Of a DNA stretch of 38,001 nt, positions 8,182-17,772 are shown piece by piece. How positions within the stretch are numbered: the first letter of the stretch is position 1; every line of letters begins with the position of its first letter. Both the position numbers and the translations under genes were made by a program. Below the pieces are notes generated by a model. That model was given only the letters and a program-made list of their open reading frames with translations. It was not told the origin of the DNA and ran no database searches. This DNA is from a virus (Duplodnaviria; Heunggongvirae; Uroviricota; Caudoviricetes): the IMG/VR virus record IMGVR_UViG_3300029543_000199; one strand, written 5' to 3'.

Positions 8182-10098
8182 TTATATACCTAATTTCTTT
8201 TCGAGTTTCTCTATACGTTCGTTGAAACTCTGCATTTGCAGTTCATCGTATAGAATTCTGACCAATAAAAAATGAGTATACTCAATGCAGTAATACTCAT
8301 CTTCATCATCAGGATTAAGTTTTCTTGTTCCAAGCATCAGGAGTTTATCTTCAACTCCATGCCTAGCGAATGCATTTCTTAAATCTTGTGCTAGAATTCC
8401 AACGCATAACTCATCGTGGTCGTAGTCAGGTGCTGACATTCTAAACTGTTTGAAATGTACTTCTCCGACAGCTAGGATAATTTCCTTTGCTATCGGTTCA
8501 ATATCTCGTTTCATGCGAACATCCGAGAGAGTTCCGCTCCATGTCCCATCAAGGAATCCTTTCCCGTTTTCTGCTTTGATATGTATACCATCGGAGTTTG
8601 CATAGATGCGCCCACGTTTTCCTTGAGTTCCATTATTGTTATAGTACCAATCAGACCATCCATATCCACCAGGCGTATTTTCATTCATTAGATTTACGCC
8701 TTTAAAAATACGCATCAGCATAGCGCAATCAAAACCAGAGCGATTAGCGGTTTTCCCAAACGCAATACCATCGCCACCAGCTTTATAGTCCATAGTCGCG
8801 AAGCCGTTTGATAATGTCATTGTAGCGATGGCTTCACGACCTGCTTTATCTCGAATGATAACTCTGATATCGTATGCTTCAGTGTCCGAAACAGCGATAA
8901 CACGCGTGTCATTAAGAGATAATGAACTTGCACTAATATCTAGGTTTGTCCATGCGGATTGCCCTGCAATTCTGTATTGTAGAACAGGAGTAAGCGTGTT
9001 GCCGGATATACTACTTACGGAACCTTTGGCAACGATTTTAGCATGGTTTCCGGTATCGTCTGATACGAAATTACTGGTAGTTGTTCCAGTACCACGAGAT
9101 GCTGTGATAGAAGCGGATGGAAGGCTGTAATCGACTACAGTAACATCTAATGCAGCAGCTGCAGAACGACCTCTACTATCGGTAGCAGATACTTTTACAA
9201 CTTTTGTTCCGGTCTTCGTAAATGCATCGAATGTATACTCTGTTCCGCTTGATGCCGTTTTGTCTGACATATCAGTAACCGCTATTTTCAGTGTTTTAAT
9301 GGACGATCCATACACACCAGAAGCAGTAGGTTTTACCTTAACCCCAGAAAGCAACTTCGCATAACATCCAAATGTATTATTCGTATTGGAGAGCGATGCA
9401 ATATTGCATGTAGGAACTACGGATGCTGGGAGATAAGCAGTAACTGACACAGTTTTCGTACCAATCTTTGTGCCTCCATTCATCGTATCAACAGTGAATG
9501 TCAATGTTCCGCTTGTCGCATTCGGTATCTGACCAGCATATTTTGCTATCGTAAATCCATTCCATACTACGTTATCCACACAAGAGTTCGTTACGACTTC
9601 AGACTTATTTCCGAATGTAGCTGTGACCTTATGTGTGAAGCTCGCTTTCTTATTCATATGTATGATTATCTGGTCGCCCATGTTTACCGAAGATACGCTT
9701 GAAGGCCAGTTGTTTACTGAAGGCTGCGATGCTCTTGGTATGGTATCAAGAGACCAGCTACCGCTTCCATTTCCTGTACCATCCGCATAATAGTAAATAG
9801 CACTAGAGATACTTGCGGAAAAAGATTGCGTACCATTACTGTTATGATTTACAGTGACAGAACCACTACACAGTTTTCCTTTATATTGTTTCCATCGACC
9901 AGTGTTGTTATAAACTGTGCTTCCAGCAACAACTACCTTACAGGGTCCCGTCATGTACCATCCGGCACTACCGCCTATAGCTTCGACGGTGTAGTAGATT
10001 GTAGATGTATTTGCACCAACATTTTGCGAAGCCGTCCAGCTGAATTTCCAGCATCTTCCTTCGTATCCACCGGTCGTAAAACTTCCGCTTAAAGCCAT
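8182..10098 (-). CDS. Siphovirus tail fibre/minor tail protein (DUF859-like) with C-terminal intramolecular chaperone (peptidase S74-like)
   Basis: Beta-rich N-terminus with an LDTIPRAS motif and GIAFGK; SDVRMKRDI cleavage motif, GILAQD and a terminal coiled coil. Confidence 0.8.
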   Translation of the reverse strand: MALSGSFTTGGYEGRCWKFSWTASQNVGANTSTIYYTVEAIGGSAGWYMTGPCKVVVAGSTVYNNTGRWKQYKGKLCSGSVTVNHNSNGTQSFSASISSAIYYYADGTGNGSGSWSLDTIPRASQPSVNNWPSSVSSVNMGDQIIIHMNKKASFTHKVTATFGNKSEVVTNSCVDNVVWNGFTIAKYAGQIPNATSGTLTFTVDTMNGGTKIGTKTVSVTAYLPASVVPTCNIASLSNTNNTFGCYAKLLSGVKVKPTASGVYGSSIKTLKIAVTDMSDKTASSGTEYTFDAFTKTGTKVVKVSATDSRGRSAAAALDVTVVDYSLPSASITASRGTGTTTSNFVSDDTGNHAKIVAKGSVSSISGNTLTPVLQYRIAGQSAWTNLDISASSLSLNDTRVIAVSDTEAYDIRVIIRDKAGREAIATMTLSNGFATMDYKAGGDGIAFGKTANRSGFDCAMLMRIFKGVNLMNENTPGGYGWSDWYYNNNGTQGKRGRIYANSDGIHIKAENGKGFLDGTWSGTLSDVRMKRDIEPIAKEIILAVGEVHFKQFRMSAPDYDHDELCVGILAQDLRNAFARHGVEDKLLMLGTRKLNPDDEDEYYCIEYTHFLLVRILYDELQMQSFNERIEKLEKKLGI

Positions 10099-10127
10099 AC
10101 AATATCACCTCCTTTATGGCTAAGAAT

Positions 10128-13100
10128 TTATTGCCCCCCAAGGTACCTAAATGACAGGTTACCATTTGAACGTGGGATAAAGGCAAACTTTCCAAGTTGC
10201 AATCTGTCTAAGATTTCAGCATCCGTTACATACAGTTTATTGTTACTGAAATAAGCAACTTCGTCTGTTCCTTGGTAGAAACTTAACTTTTGCTCGCTCA
10301 ACAGCATAGATAACTGCATAGATGGGTCTTGACTTGAAATCTTTCTTGTAATACGCAGTCCGGCATCTTCCATAGAGAAACATTCGGTCGTTTGCTCTAT
10401 ACTTTCAATTCTGCCGTCTATAGCATCTACACGAACAATGTACGTATTGACATCAGTCTGAACCTTATCAACTTGCTGTTGTGTAGTAACACTGCTTTTT
10501 CGTATTTCTTCAATCCGACCACTCTCACCAACTAAGTCATCGAAATCCTTTCTATTTGCAACCACATTATTGATAACATCGGAAATGATTTTCTTCAGTT
10601 CCTCTGACATATCTCCAGTAATTTTGTCCGTGTAATCGGTTAAATCTTCCGGAGCAGGGTAGTAGTCTGTAGGACGATTTCCCTTTTCCAACTGAATATA
10701 GTCGATTGCATAGTAGTCATTATTGTTCATGTTGTCAGTGATTCTAAGTACGTTAGAAGTAATACCTACGCTACCAGTAGAGATAAGCTGACCAGACGAT
10801 GTAACGATGTTGTCACGAGCATCCGATACAAGATCAAACTCTGTATCTTCCAAAGTCAGAACTGTATAAACTTTGTTCCATCCAGATGTGAGCTGTATCT
10901 GTTGCATATCTGTTGTTTGCATTACACCATTTGTGTTTGCAAGACACACATTGATTGTCGTACTCTGACGAGAGTATACATTCATAGATACAGTCAATTT
11001 CGTACCAAGCTCTACAGCAACTAAGTTGTCGGTATACACTTCGTAGTAAACCGCTTTAGCCGCATTAGACCCAGTTCCGGATTTAACCTTGATTATTCGT
11101 TTTGCATCAACTTCGTCTTCGGAAATAGAATATACGCCGTCTGTTCCATAGTAATGGCAACCTTCGAGTTGGTTCGATTTCTTCAATAAGTTTCTCGCTC
11201 CGATAAGCATGTTTGAGCTATCTACTAAAATTGGTATTGTCTGGATGTCGAGCATGTTGTCATCTGTAGGAGTCTGGTTTGCCTTATGCATTTCTATCGT
11301 ATAGAATGTAGGCATTTCGCTTTCTCCGTAGATAGTAAAGCTCTGCTCCGCAACATTACCCGTAGAACTCAGAACTTCTTCGGTACGGTTATCGCTATAA
11401 GTCTTAGATATAACAAAACGGCATGGATAAACCTCTCTGTCGGCATCTCCATCCCGATAATATCCTCTGACTTTAATAGTGTCAGGCGTGATTATATTGT
11501 TTCCATCAATCTTTACAGTAGATGTATCTACCTCAAGGAAGTATGTTCTTCCTGCAACTCCGACATCTCCTTGCTTTGCATTTGTATACGTAACTGTAGA
11601 ATTCCCGTCAGAATACTGAACGGTTGTTCTAGTCCATAAATACATGCCGTCTGTGAGATCAGGTATTGTATCAGACCATTTGTTAGTTACGAATGTTCTT
11701 GATGAGTTATCCACGAGAGATAAACCACCGCTTGTAACAAGCTCTATTGATTCAGGAGGTGTAGTGCTTTTCTCAGTTGTTGCAATATACTCTACCTTCG
11801 TAGAAGTAATTTTTACATCGCTTCCTTTAATAAGAGTCCATGTATACTTTGATGGGTCGGTGCTGTCTGCCTCGATGTTATCTGTATACTGTCCGATGTA
11901 TTTCTTGTCGGTTCCGACAGTTGTATCGAATCCGGTTTTTCCATCGGCAGAATCTGCGTATGCAATATGGACATATCCATTTTCTCCGGCAGTTCCATTC
12001 TCACCGACATATTTAGACCACTTGTATGCACTTGCTTGAGTAGGAGCAGTAGAAGTGGTTGTGGACGCAGTACCAATGTATTTCGTAGCACTTGATGGTG
12101 TTTGCGTCATTCCAGTACCGTTTGCATCAGTAGCGTAGCGAATCCAAAGATATGACGACACTCCGTCGAAGTAATCGACTCCCTTGACAGGAGTTTTACC
12201 GTCAGCTCCTTTGATAAGAGACCATGCGTAATCCTTATAATTTCCGCTATCAGCTTGTATATTGTCAGAGTACACACCGATATATGTAGCGCCAGTAAAT
12301 TCAGATTTTGAGAATCCGTCTTTACCATCTGCACTTTTTGCGTATGCAAAATGTACATATCCATTCTTACCTGGAATACCATCTTCCCCGTCTTTACCAG
12401 CAAACTTAGACCATGTGTAAGAGCTTGCAGTATCTGGGTCTTTAATCACATCATTCACACAGATACCGATGTAATCTGATGGAACCTCAGATATCTGATT
12501 ATCAGTAGGATTTGGATAAGCAGAATATTTGATATGAACATAGTTGCTCGAACCATCTCTACCATCTCGCCCATTGATACCGTCAATACCGTCCGTACCG
12601 TCAATACCTTGTCTTGATACACTGTAAGTTACTGTTGAATGACCGTCAGAATAGTTGACAGTTGTTCTTGTCCAAAGATAAGAGCCTTCGATTACCTCCG
12701 GTATTGTTGTAAGCCACTTATTCGTAGCAATTTCGTTTCCGTTGTGATCCACAAGTATCTTTCCATCGCTGGTTGCCATAGAGTTAGCGTCAGGAGGAGT
12801 AGTACCGTTGTCACTCGGTATATACACAACCTCTGTAGATTCAATCGTTACGCTTGTTCCGTCTTCTCCTCGAATTTGAGACCATGCATATTTCTTATAG
12901 TCCGTACTGTCTTCTTTGATATTGTCCGTATATACACCGATATGCGTTGCGCCTTCATACTCAACTACGCTAAAGTTTACGCTACCGTCTGATGACTGTG
13001 CATATGCGAAGTGTACATAGCTATCTGTGCCATCTCGACCATTCGTTCCTGGCGTACCGTCTTTTCCGTCCTTACCATTGAATCTACTCCAAGTATAAGA

Positions 13101-16100
13101 ACTTGCTGTTGTTGGGTCATTGAGGTTAGTATCTACGCATATACCGATATAAGCAGCCGGAACCTCTGTCAGCATCTCGTCTGTTGGATTCTCGACCGGA
13201 CTATATTTGATATGTATATATGAAGATGTACCATCAACACCATCTCTACCAGGTATACCTTGAATACCCTGACCGCCATCAGCACCGGCTTTCAACTTTG
13301 CAATACGGAATTTCTTGCTGACAGATAACTTATCCATATAGATTAAATCAAATACGATCTCACCCATATTTGTAGTCAGATTCTTGATTGTATATCTATG
13401 AAGTGTCTTGTCCCATTCGCCTTCGATTCCACTTGTAGCAGTAATTGTCCATTTCAAATCGGATGATTTCGTAATGTCCGTACTGCCTGAGAATACAAGA
13501 ACGTCCGTGTAACAGTCAGCAAAATTTCCACCATTACCGTTTGAGTCTGTGGTTATTCCTATATATTCATTGGTAAGCTGAACGACAAGAGCAGCCGCTT
13601 CTTGCTTGATAGTCTTATCAATATAGGAACCAAGGTCATCGCTTGTTGTCATTTGGATGTGTCTGCCATTGATTTTGATATTTCCATCATCATCTACATA
13701 CACATATTTCGTATAAGAACCGTCTTCATTCTTACGCTGAAGTGTAAATAGATCCTTGTTTGTATCAGCAGCATCTGCAGTAATTGTCATTCCGTTCTGG
13801 TCAATTTTTACAGAACCAGAAGTGTTGTAAATACCGAGTTCGTTTCCGAGAATGATATTTCCTACAATTTTGTGTGCGATGATACCATAATCTTCTTTAT
13901 ACGTTCCAGTTTCCGGGTCATAGTAAATGTATTTACCGAGACCAGTCTTAACTGTTTTCCATCCATCATTGGTGTAATAAAATCCATGATTGATAATCTT
14001 TGTCTGCTCTGCACTATAGTCATCTCCGAATTCATTTTTTTCTCTCATTAAGAGACCGGACTCATCAACAACCATATTCTGATTATCGGCTGCATTGACA
14101 ATCTTCTTATTTGTCAGATTCAGACCGTTTTCAACCATATCCATAATCTGCTTATTGGCATTGTTTCCTTTATTAGCCTGATGCTGTACCATAGAGTATG
14201 ATGTAGCCATAGATTGAGCCTGTGCCAAAATACTTTGTGTATCTGACATATAGTCCAGTCCATATGTGACATCAGAGAACTCCACATCTAACTTATCAAG
14301 ATTGTCATAATCAATCTTATAAGAGGTAAGTCTCAGCTTATATACCACTCCATCAATTTCGATGTGAACCCAGTTACCGACCTCGAAATTAACCAGAAGA
14401 GGAGAGAATGTCGCATTTCCTTTAACAAGATAAAGCTGGTCATGAGTAACAATCTGAATGCCATCCAATGTTACGATTGGTATTGGTGATTCTTCTACGT
14501 CTTGTTCTTTAACCAGAAGGAAATTGTTAAGGTTGCAACTGATTGTATGCTGTAATGTTGCAGATTTTATGATTTCACGTTCTGCGTTTTTAACAAATTC
14601 TTTCGCCTGAGTGATAAGCTCAGTATCTGATAATCCGTCAGAGATGAAGTTATCATTCTGGTATGTATCGTCACGACGGAAAGAGCAGAATTCTACCCAC
14701 AGAGATTCTCCAAGGTATGTTCTAAGGTCGAGCTTATTTGCAATAGCCTGTCTCTGCTTTTCGATATAATCCAGAACTCCATCTGGGTTACTTCTTGTTC
14801 CTCTTAATTTCAGAACTTCGGCTTCACGCTCGCGTAACTCATCCTGAATCCATACACTGCGGTTGTAGTACGGTAGGTACATTGAAGTGTATAATTCGTT
14901 TTCAGGATCAGCAACGCCTTGCTGAATTAGGATATCCATGCATCCACGGGCGATACTTGCAAGAATGTTCAGGTTATCTACGCTGTAATAAGATAATGCC
15001 TGTTTGAATTCGGACTCACTCTTTTTGAACAGAGCAACGGTTCCGGTGGCATCAACCTCATTTTTCTTCATTGCCTTTTCAATCTGGCATTTAATGAAAT
15101 CAGGAGTTGCATCTGATACATATACAGTCAGCTCTGCAGATGTTGCTGTATCTTCGTCATCAGCATATCCTGTCAGTGTAATTGTTCCTTTCCATACCTT
15201 TGCTTCATAAACATTGCATTTAGCTGTAATCCGGTAAAGAGAAGTATCAATGAATACTTTTGCATAATTCTGGACTGCGGAAGTGACAGTAGCAGAAGAA
15301 GCAATATCTCCATTCTGGATACCAAGTGGTGACAATGCGCCGGATGTGAGTTTCGTGAGTTCCTTAGCTGCCGTTGTCTTTTCTCCATGCTCAGATGCAG
15401 GAGCGAGAGTTGTTTTCAACAGGCTGTAGAAATTCAAAGCAGAGTAATATAAATCTGTCAGTGCTGAATAACCTACGATAGGATACTTAACATTCACGAG
15501 AGTGTTATCATACAGTTTGTATTTGTTGATAAGTGCGTTGTATTCTGAGATAGCAGTAGATGGGATATCAATCTGCTTCTCATTTGAATATGACGCATAC
15601 TCTTTATCGTAAGCATTCAGTTTATCCTGTAACTCTTTTGACATATCTGAACGAACAGAATCGCTCAGATACCAGATATACTGGCTTCCGCTCGGATTGA
15701 TATTACGAATCGTTGCAGTCATCAAATCGTCCCCGGCTACAAGACGGAAACAGTTCTTTACACTGTCTTTGTTGGACGAATATGTAATATCACCAGCGAA
15801 ATTTTCATGACTAAGGAATATTCCGCTATCTGTTCCATATCCATAATTGATATTCGCAGACCCACACTTCGGGCATACTTTAGTTGTGAATGATCCACGC
15901 TCACCACATTCCATACATCTATCATTTAAGTCATATACAGAAATGGTACGGTGTATTTTTCCATCATTATTCGTATATTCGCCATACACGAACAAGCATT
16001 CAACCTCATTTGCGATATCATCAAATGCATCTTTTATACTCGAACCATCCCATGAGAATGTCCTTTGCAGATTCGCAATAGAAGAATCCACATGGACAAT

Positions 16101-16604
16101 CGTATAGTGAGATGCTTTGTCTTTTAAGATTCTATCCAAAGCAGAAGCTTCTGGATTCTTTGAGTCATAAATGATAGTAGGAGAGTAGTCATCTCTCGCA
16201 ATATCATCCTCTGTGTTTATTTCAACACCATTTAAGGTGAGCTGACCAAGCTCAGCCTCCTGTAAATGAACGCCCTGACAATGCTTGATTGTACAGTCAT
16301 TTTCATCAACTTCTACAGAAAGTTCATACCACGGATTAAATGAGGATGTATCCAAATGTGATATGTACACCAGTCTGAAATCTCTGATGTCATCCCATAA
16401 CTTGCATTCAATACCATCGACTTCCTTATATACATCGAAAGATATTTCAGCGGTTTCTACAAGGGCATTTGCATTTGTCAGTGATTGAACATTGTGAATA
16501 ATTCCCTGTTTGGTTCCGCCACGATAAGCAAGTACGAGGTCTGGTGTAATCGGCTGACCGTCAGGACTTATTTCAATAAGACCTCCGTATAAAGAAGTAT
16601 TCAC
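10128..16604 (-). CDS. Large tail-tip/host-specificity protein with collagen-like and YxHxxY repeats
   Basis: 2158 aa following Dit. Gly-X-Y runs, PblB/antireceptor-like repeats, a GARNLL...QLEKGNRPTDYYPAPED module and a C-terminal VAYFSNNKLYV motif. Confidence 0.85.
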   Translation of the reverse strand: MNTSLYGGLIEISPDGQPITPDLVLAYRGGTKQGIIHNVQSLTNANALVETAEISFDVYKEVDGIECKLWDDIRDFRLVYISHLDTSSFNPWYELSVEVDENDCTIKHCQGVHLQEAELGQLTLNGVEINTEDDIARDDYSPTIIYDSKNPEASALDRILKDKASHYTIVHVDSSIANLQRTFSWDGSSIKDAFDDIANEVECLFVYGEYTNNDGKIHRTISVYDLNDRCMECGERGSFTTKVCPKCGSANINYGYGTDSGIFLSHENFAGDITYSSNKDSVKNCFRLVAGDDLMTATIRNINPSGSQYIWYLSDSVRSDMSKELQDKLNAYDKEYASYSNEKQIDIPSTAISEYNALINKYKLYDNTLVNVKYPIVGYSALTDLYYSALNFYSLLKTTLAPASEHGEKTTAAKELTKLTSGALSPLGIQNGDIASSATVTSAVQNYAKVFIDTSLYRITAKCNVYEAKVWKGTITLTGYADDEDTATSAELTVYVSDATPDFIKCQIEKAMKKNEVDATGTVALFKKSESEFKQALSYYSVDNLNILASIARGCMDILIQQGVADPENELYTSMYLPYYNRSVWIQDELREREAEVLKLRGTRSNPDGVLDYIEKQRQAIANKLDLRTYLGESLWVEFCSFRRDDTYQNDNFISDGLSDTELITQAKEFVKNAEREIIKSATLQHTISCNLNNFLLVKEQDVEESPIPIVTLDGIQIVTHDQLYLVKGNATFSPLLVNFEVGNWVHIEIDGVVYKLRLTSYKIDYDNLDKLDVEFSDVTYGLDYMSDTQSILAQAQSMATSYSMVQHQANKGNNANKQIMDMVENGLNLTNKKIVNAADNQNMVVDESGLLMREKNEFGDDYSAEQTKIINHGFYYTNDGWKTVKTGLGKYIYYDPETGTYKEDYGIIAHKIVGNIILGNELGIYNTSGSVKIDQNGMTITADAADTNKDLFTLQRKNEDGSYTKYVYVDDDGNIKINGRHIQMTTSDDLGSYIDKTIKQEAAALVVQLTNEYIGITTDSNGNGGNFADCYTDVLVFSGSTDITKSSDLKWTITATSGIEGEWDKTLHRYTIKNLTTNMGEIVFDLIYMDKLSVSKKFRIAKLKAGADGGQGIQGIPGRDGVDGTSSYIHIKYSPVENPTDEMLTEVPAAYIGICVDTNLNDPTTASSYTWSRFNGKDGKDGTPGTNGRDGTDSYVHFAYAQSSDGSVNFSVVEYEGATHIGVYTDNIKEDSTDYKKYAWSQIRGEDGTSVTIESTEVVYIPSDNGTTPPDANSMATSDGKILVDHNGNEIATNKWLTTIPEVIEGSYLWTRTTVNYSDGHSTVTYSVSRQGIDGTDGIDGINGRDGRDGSSNYVHIKYSAYPNPTDNQISEVPSDYIGICVNDVIKDPDTASSYTWSKFAGKDGEDGIPGKNGYVHFAYAKSADGKDGFSKSEFTGATYIGVYSDNIQADSGNYKDYAWSLIKGADGKTPVKGVDYFDGVSSYLWIRYATDANGTGMTQTPSSATKYIGTASTTTSTAPTQASAYKWSKYVGENGTAGENGYVHIAYADSADGKTGFDTTVGTDKKYIGQYTDNIEADSTDPSKYTWTLIKGSDVKITSTKVEYIATTEKSTTPPESIELVTSGGLSLVDNSSRTFVTNKWSDTIPDLTDGMYLWTRTTVQYSDGNSTVTYTNAKQGDVGVAGRTYFLEVDTSTVKIDGNNIITPDTIKVRGYYRDGDADREVYPCRFVISKTYSDNRTEEVLSSTGNVAEQSFTIYGESEMPTFYTIEMHKANQTPTDDNMLDIQTIPILVDSSNMLIGARNLLKKSNQLEGCHYYGTDGVYSISEDEVDAKRIIKVKSGTGSNAAKAVYYEVYTDNLVAVELGTKLTVSMNVYSRQSTTINVCLANTNGVMQTTDMQQIQLTSGWNKVYTVLTLEDTEFDLVSDARDNIVTSSGQLISTGSVGITSNVLRITDNMNNNDYYAIDYIQLEKGNRPTDYYPAPEDLTDYTDKITGDMSEELKKIISDVINNVVANRKDFDDLVGESGRIEEIRKSSVTTQQQVDKVQTDVNTYIVRVDAIDGRIESIEQTTECFSMEDAGLRITRKISSQDPSMQLSMLLSEQKLSFYQGTDEVAYFSNNKLYVTDAEILDRLQLGKFAFIPRSNGNLSFRYLGGQ
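11560..13290 (-). repeat. Protein-level tandem repeats inside the tail-tip gene (boundaries approximate)
   Basis: About six [GxxGxxG-Y(V/I)H(I/F)xY...YIG...YxWS] units and two TTPP...YLWTRTTVxYSDG units. Confidence 0.75.
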
Positions 16605-17398
16605 GCAATCACCACCTTCGCAATCGGATTATATGAAATAGAGTATGTACAAGGGAGATTGAACGTCAGCTTGTTCAATGTATTGCCATACTCATTATTG
16701 ATTCTTATAAATTTGTAATTGAAATCATCTCCAAGCTCATGTGACTTATTGCTTGATAGTATTTGAAGGAGATGAGTAAATGTCAGTGTTTCACCGGAAG
16801 AACATCCTCTGACAACAGTCTCCCTTTTATCAAACTCATTCATAATCTTTAAGTCGCCAGCTGATTTCAAAGTTATCGTTATGTCGGGATAAATATATCC
16901 CTCATCGTCACTTGTATCGTCAATGCTTACAGTTCCATCTTTAGCTACAGACCCGCTGATATTTATTTTGTCTTTATATCCAAATGGAGCTGTAGCAGTG
17001 AATGTTAATTGAAATCCAACACAAACTGAGTCTGAATGAATCTCTTCTACATTGAATGTTCCGTTCCAGAAGATGCCTTCATAATCAATACCTCCGGCTC
17101 TGAATTCGGACGCTACTGGACTTTCCAGCCAACGCTTTAATGCAGCAGCTTCCTTTGGTGTTATTGCATTTCCGACATCATTTCCGAGTCTGCATATCGA
17201 CATCTCCGCTACAAGCGCACCGTCGTAGACTGAATATATAATAGGAAAGTATCTTCCACCGAACATTGATATTGATGTCAGCTCTCTTTGCGAATCTGTT
17301 GTAACATTTTCAACAGATCCAGAACCATCGAACTCACAGAGCATGTATCCATGATCGCTCAATGACTCACCTCTAAAAGTAAAATCGCATCTATCCAT
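16601..17398 (-). CDS. Distal tail protein (Dit)-like
   Basis: Lies between tape measure and tail-tip genes; FTFRGESLSDHG start, TATAPFGY and DDEGYIYPDITI motifs. Start at ATG 17398 after AGGAGGAGG. Confidence 0.75.
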   Translation of the reverse strand: MDRCDFTFRGESLSDHGYMLCEFDGSGSVENVTTDSQRELTSISMFGGRYFPIIYSVYDGALVAEMSICRLGNDVGNAITPKEAAALKRWLESPVASEFRAGGIDYEGIFWNGTFNVEEIHSDSVCVGFQLTFTATAPFGYKDKINISGSVAKDGTVSIDDTSDDEGYIYPDITITLKSAGDLKIMNEFDKRETVVRGCSSGETLTFTHLLQILSSNKSHELGDDFNYKFIRINNEYGNTLNKLTFNLPCTYSISYNPIAKVVIA

Positions 17399-17416
17399 GC
17401 GTCCTCCTCCTTTCAC

Positions 17417-17719
17417 TTATACTTTGAATTGCTTATTTAACTGATTGAATTTTTTCTCATAATCTTTGCGTATTTTCCGTATTGCAAATACAGCATCTTT
17501 ATATTGCTTTCTATACGCAATAGCTTCTTGAATGTTTTTATTCCATTCATTGCGAAGCGAATCTACACTTCCGATTATTTGCTCGTAGCGGGAGACTTTA
17601 TCTGAAAGCTCAGCATTCTCTGTATGCAAAGCTTTGTTTTCACTTTCAAGTTTTTTGTTTTTATCACGCAGGCTTTGAATTGTGCGTTCCTGCATTCTGA
17701 CTTTTCTATCTAAATTCAT
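17417..17719 (-). CDS. Basic coiled-coil protein
   Basis: Heptad pattern; start at ATG 17719 after GGAGGAAAAGGA. Confidence 0.65.
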   Translation of the reverse strand: MNLDRKVRMQERTIQSLRDKNKKLESENKALHTENAELSDKVSRYEQIIGSVDSLRNEWNKNIQEAIAYRKQYKDAVFAIRKIRKDYEKKFNQLNKQFKV

Positions 17720-17739
17720 ATCCTTTTCCTCCAATAGAA

Positions 17740-17767
17740 AGAGAGGCAACGATTAAATTGCCTCTCT
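17740..17767 (-). terminator. Intrinsic terminator after tape measure
   Basis: Perfect 10-bp stem AGAGAGGCAA/TTGCCTCTCT followed by TTCT. Confidence 0.7.
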
Positions 17768-17772
17768 AATTA

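Noticed and set aside
11560..13290. CRISPR-like or DNA-level repeat array
   Set aside because: The repeats are degenerate and protein-level only; no CRISPR array, tRNA or rRNA was recognised anywhere in the window.
8182..16604. Second DGR variable repeat in other tail genes
   Set aside because: No further TR-like sequence was seen in this window; remote targets outside it remain possible.
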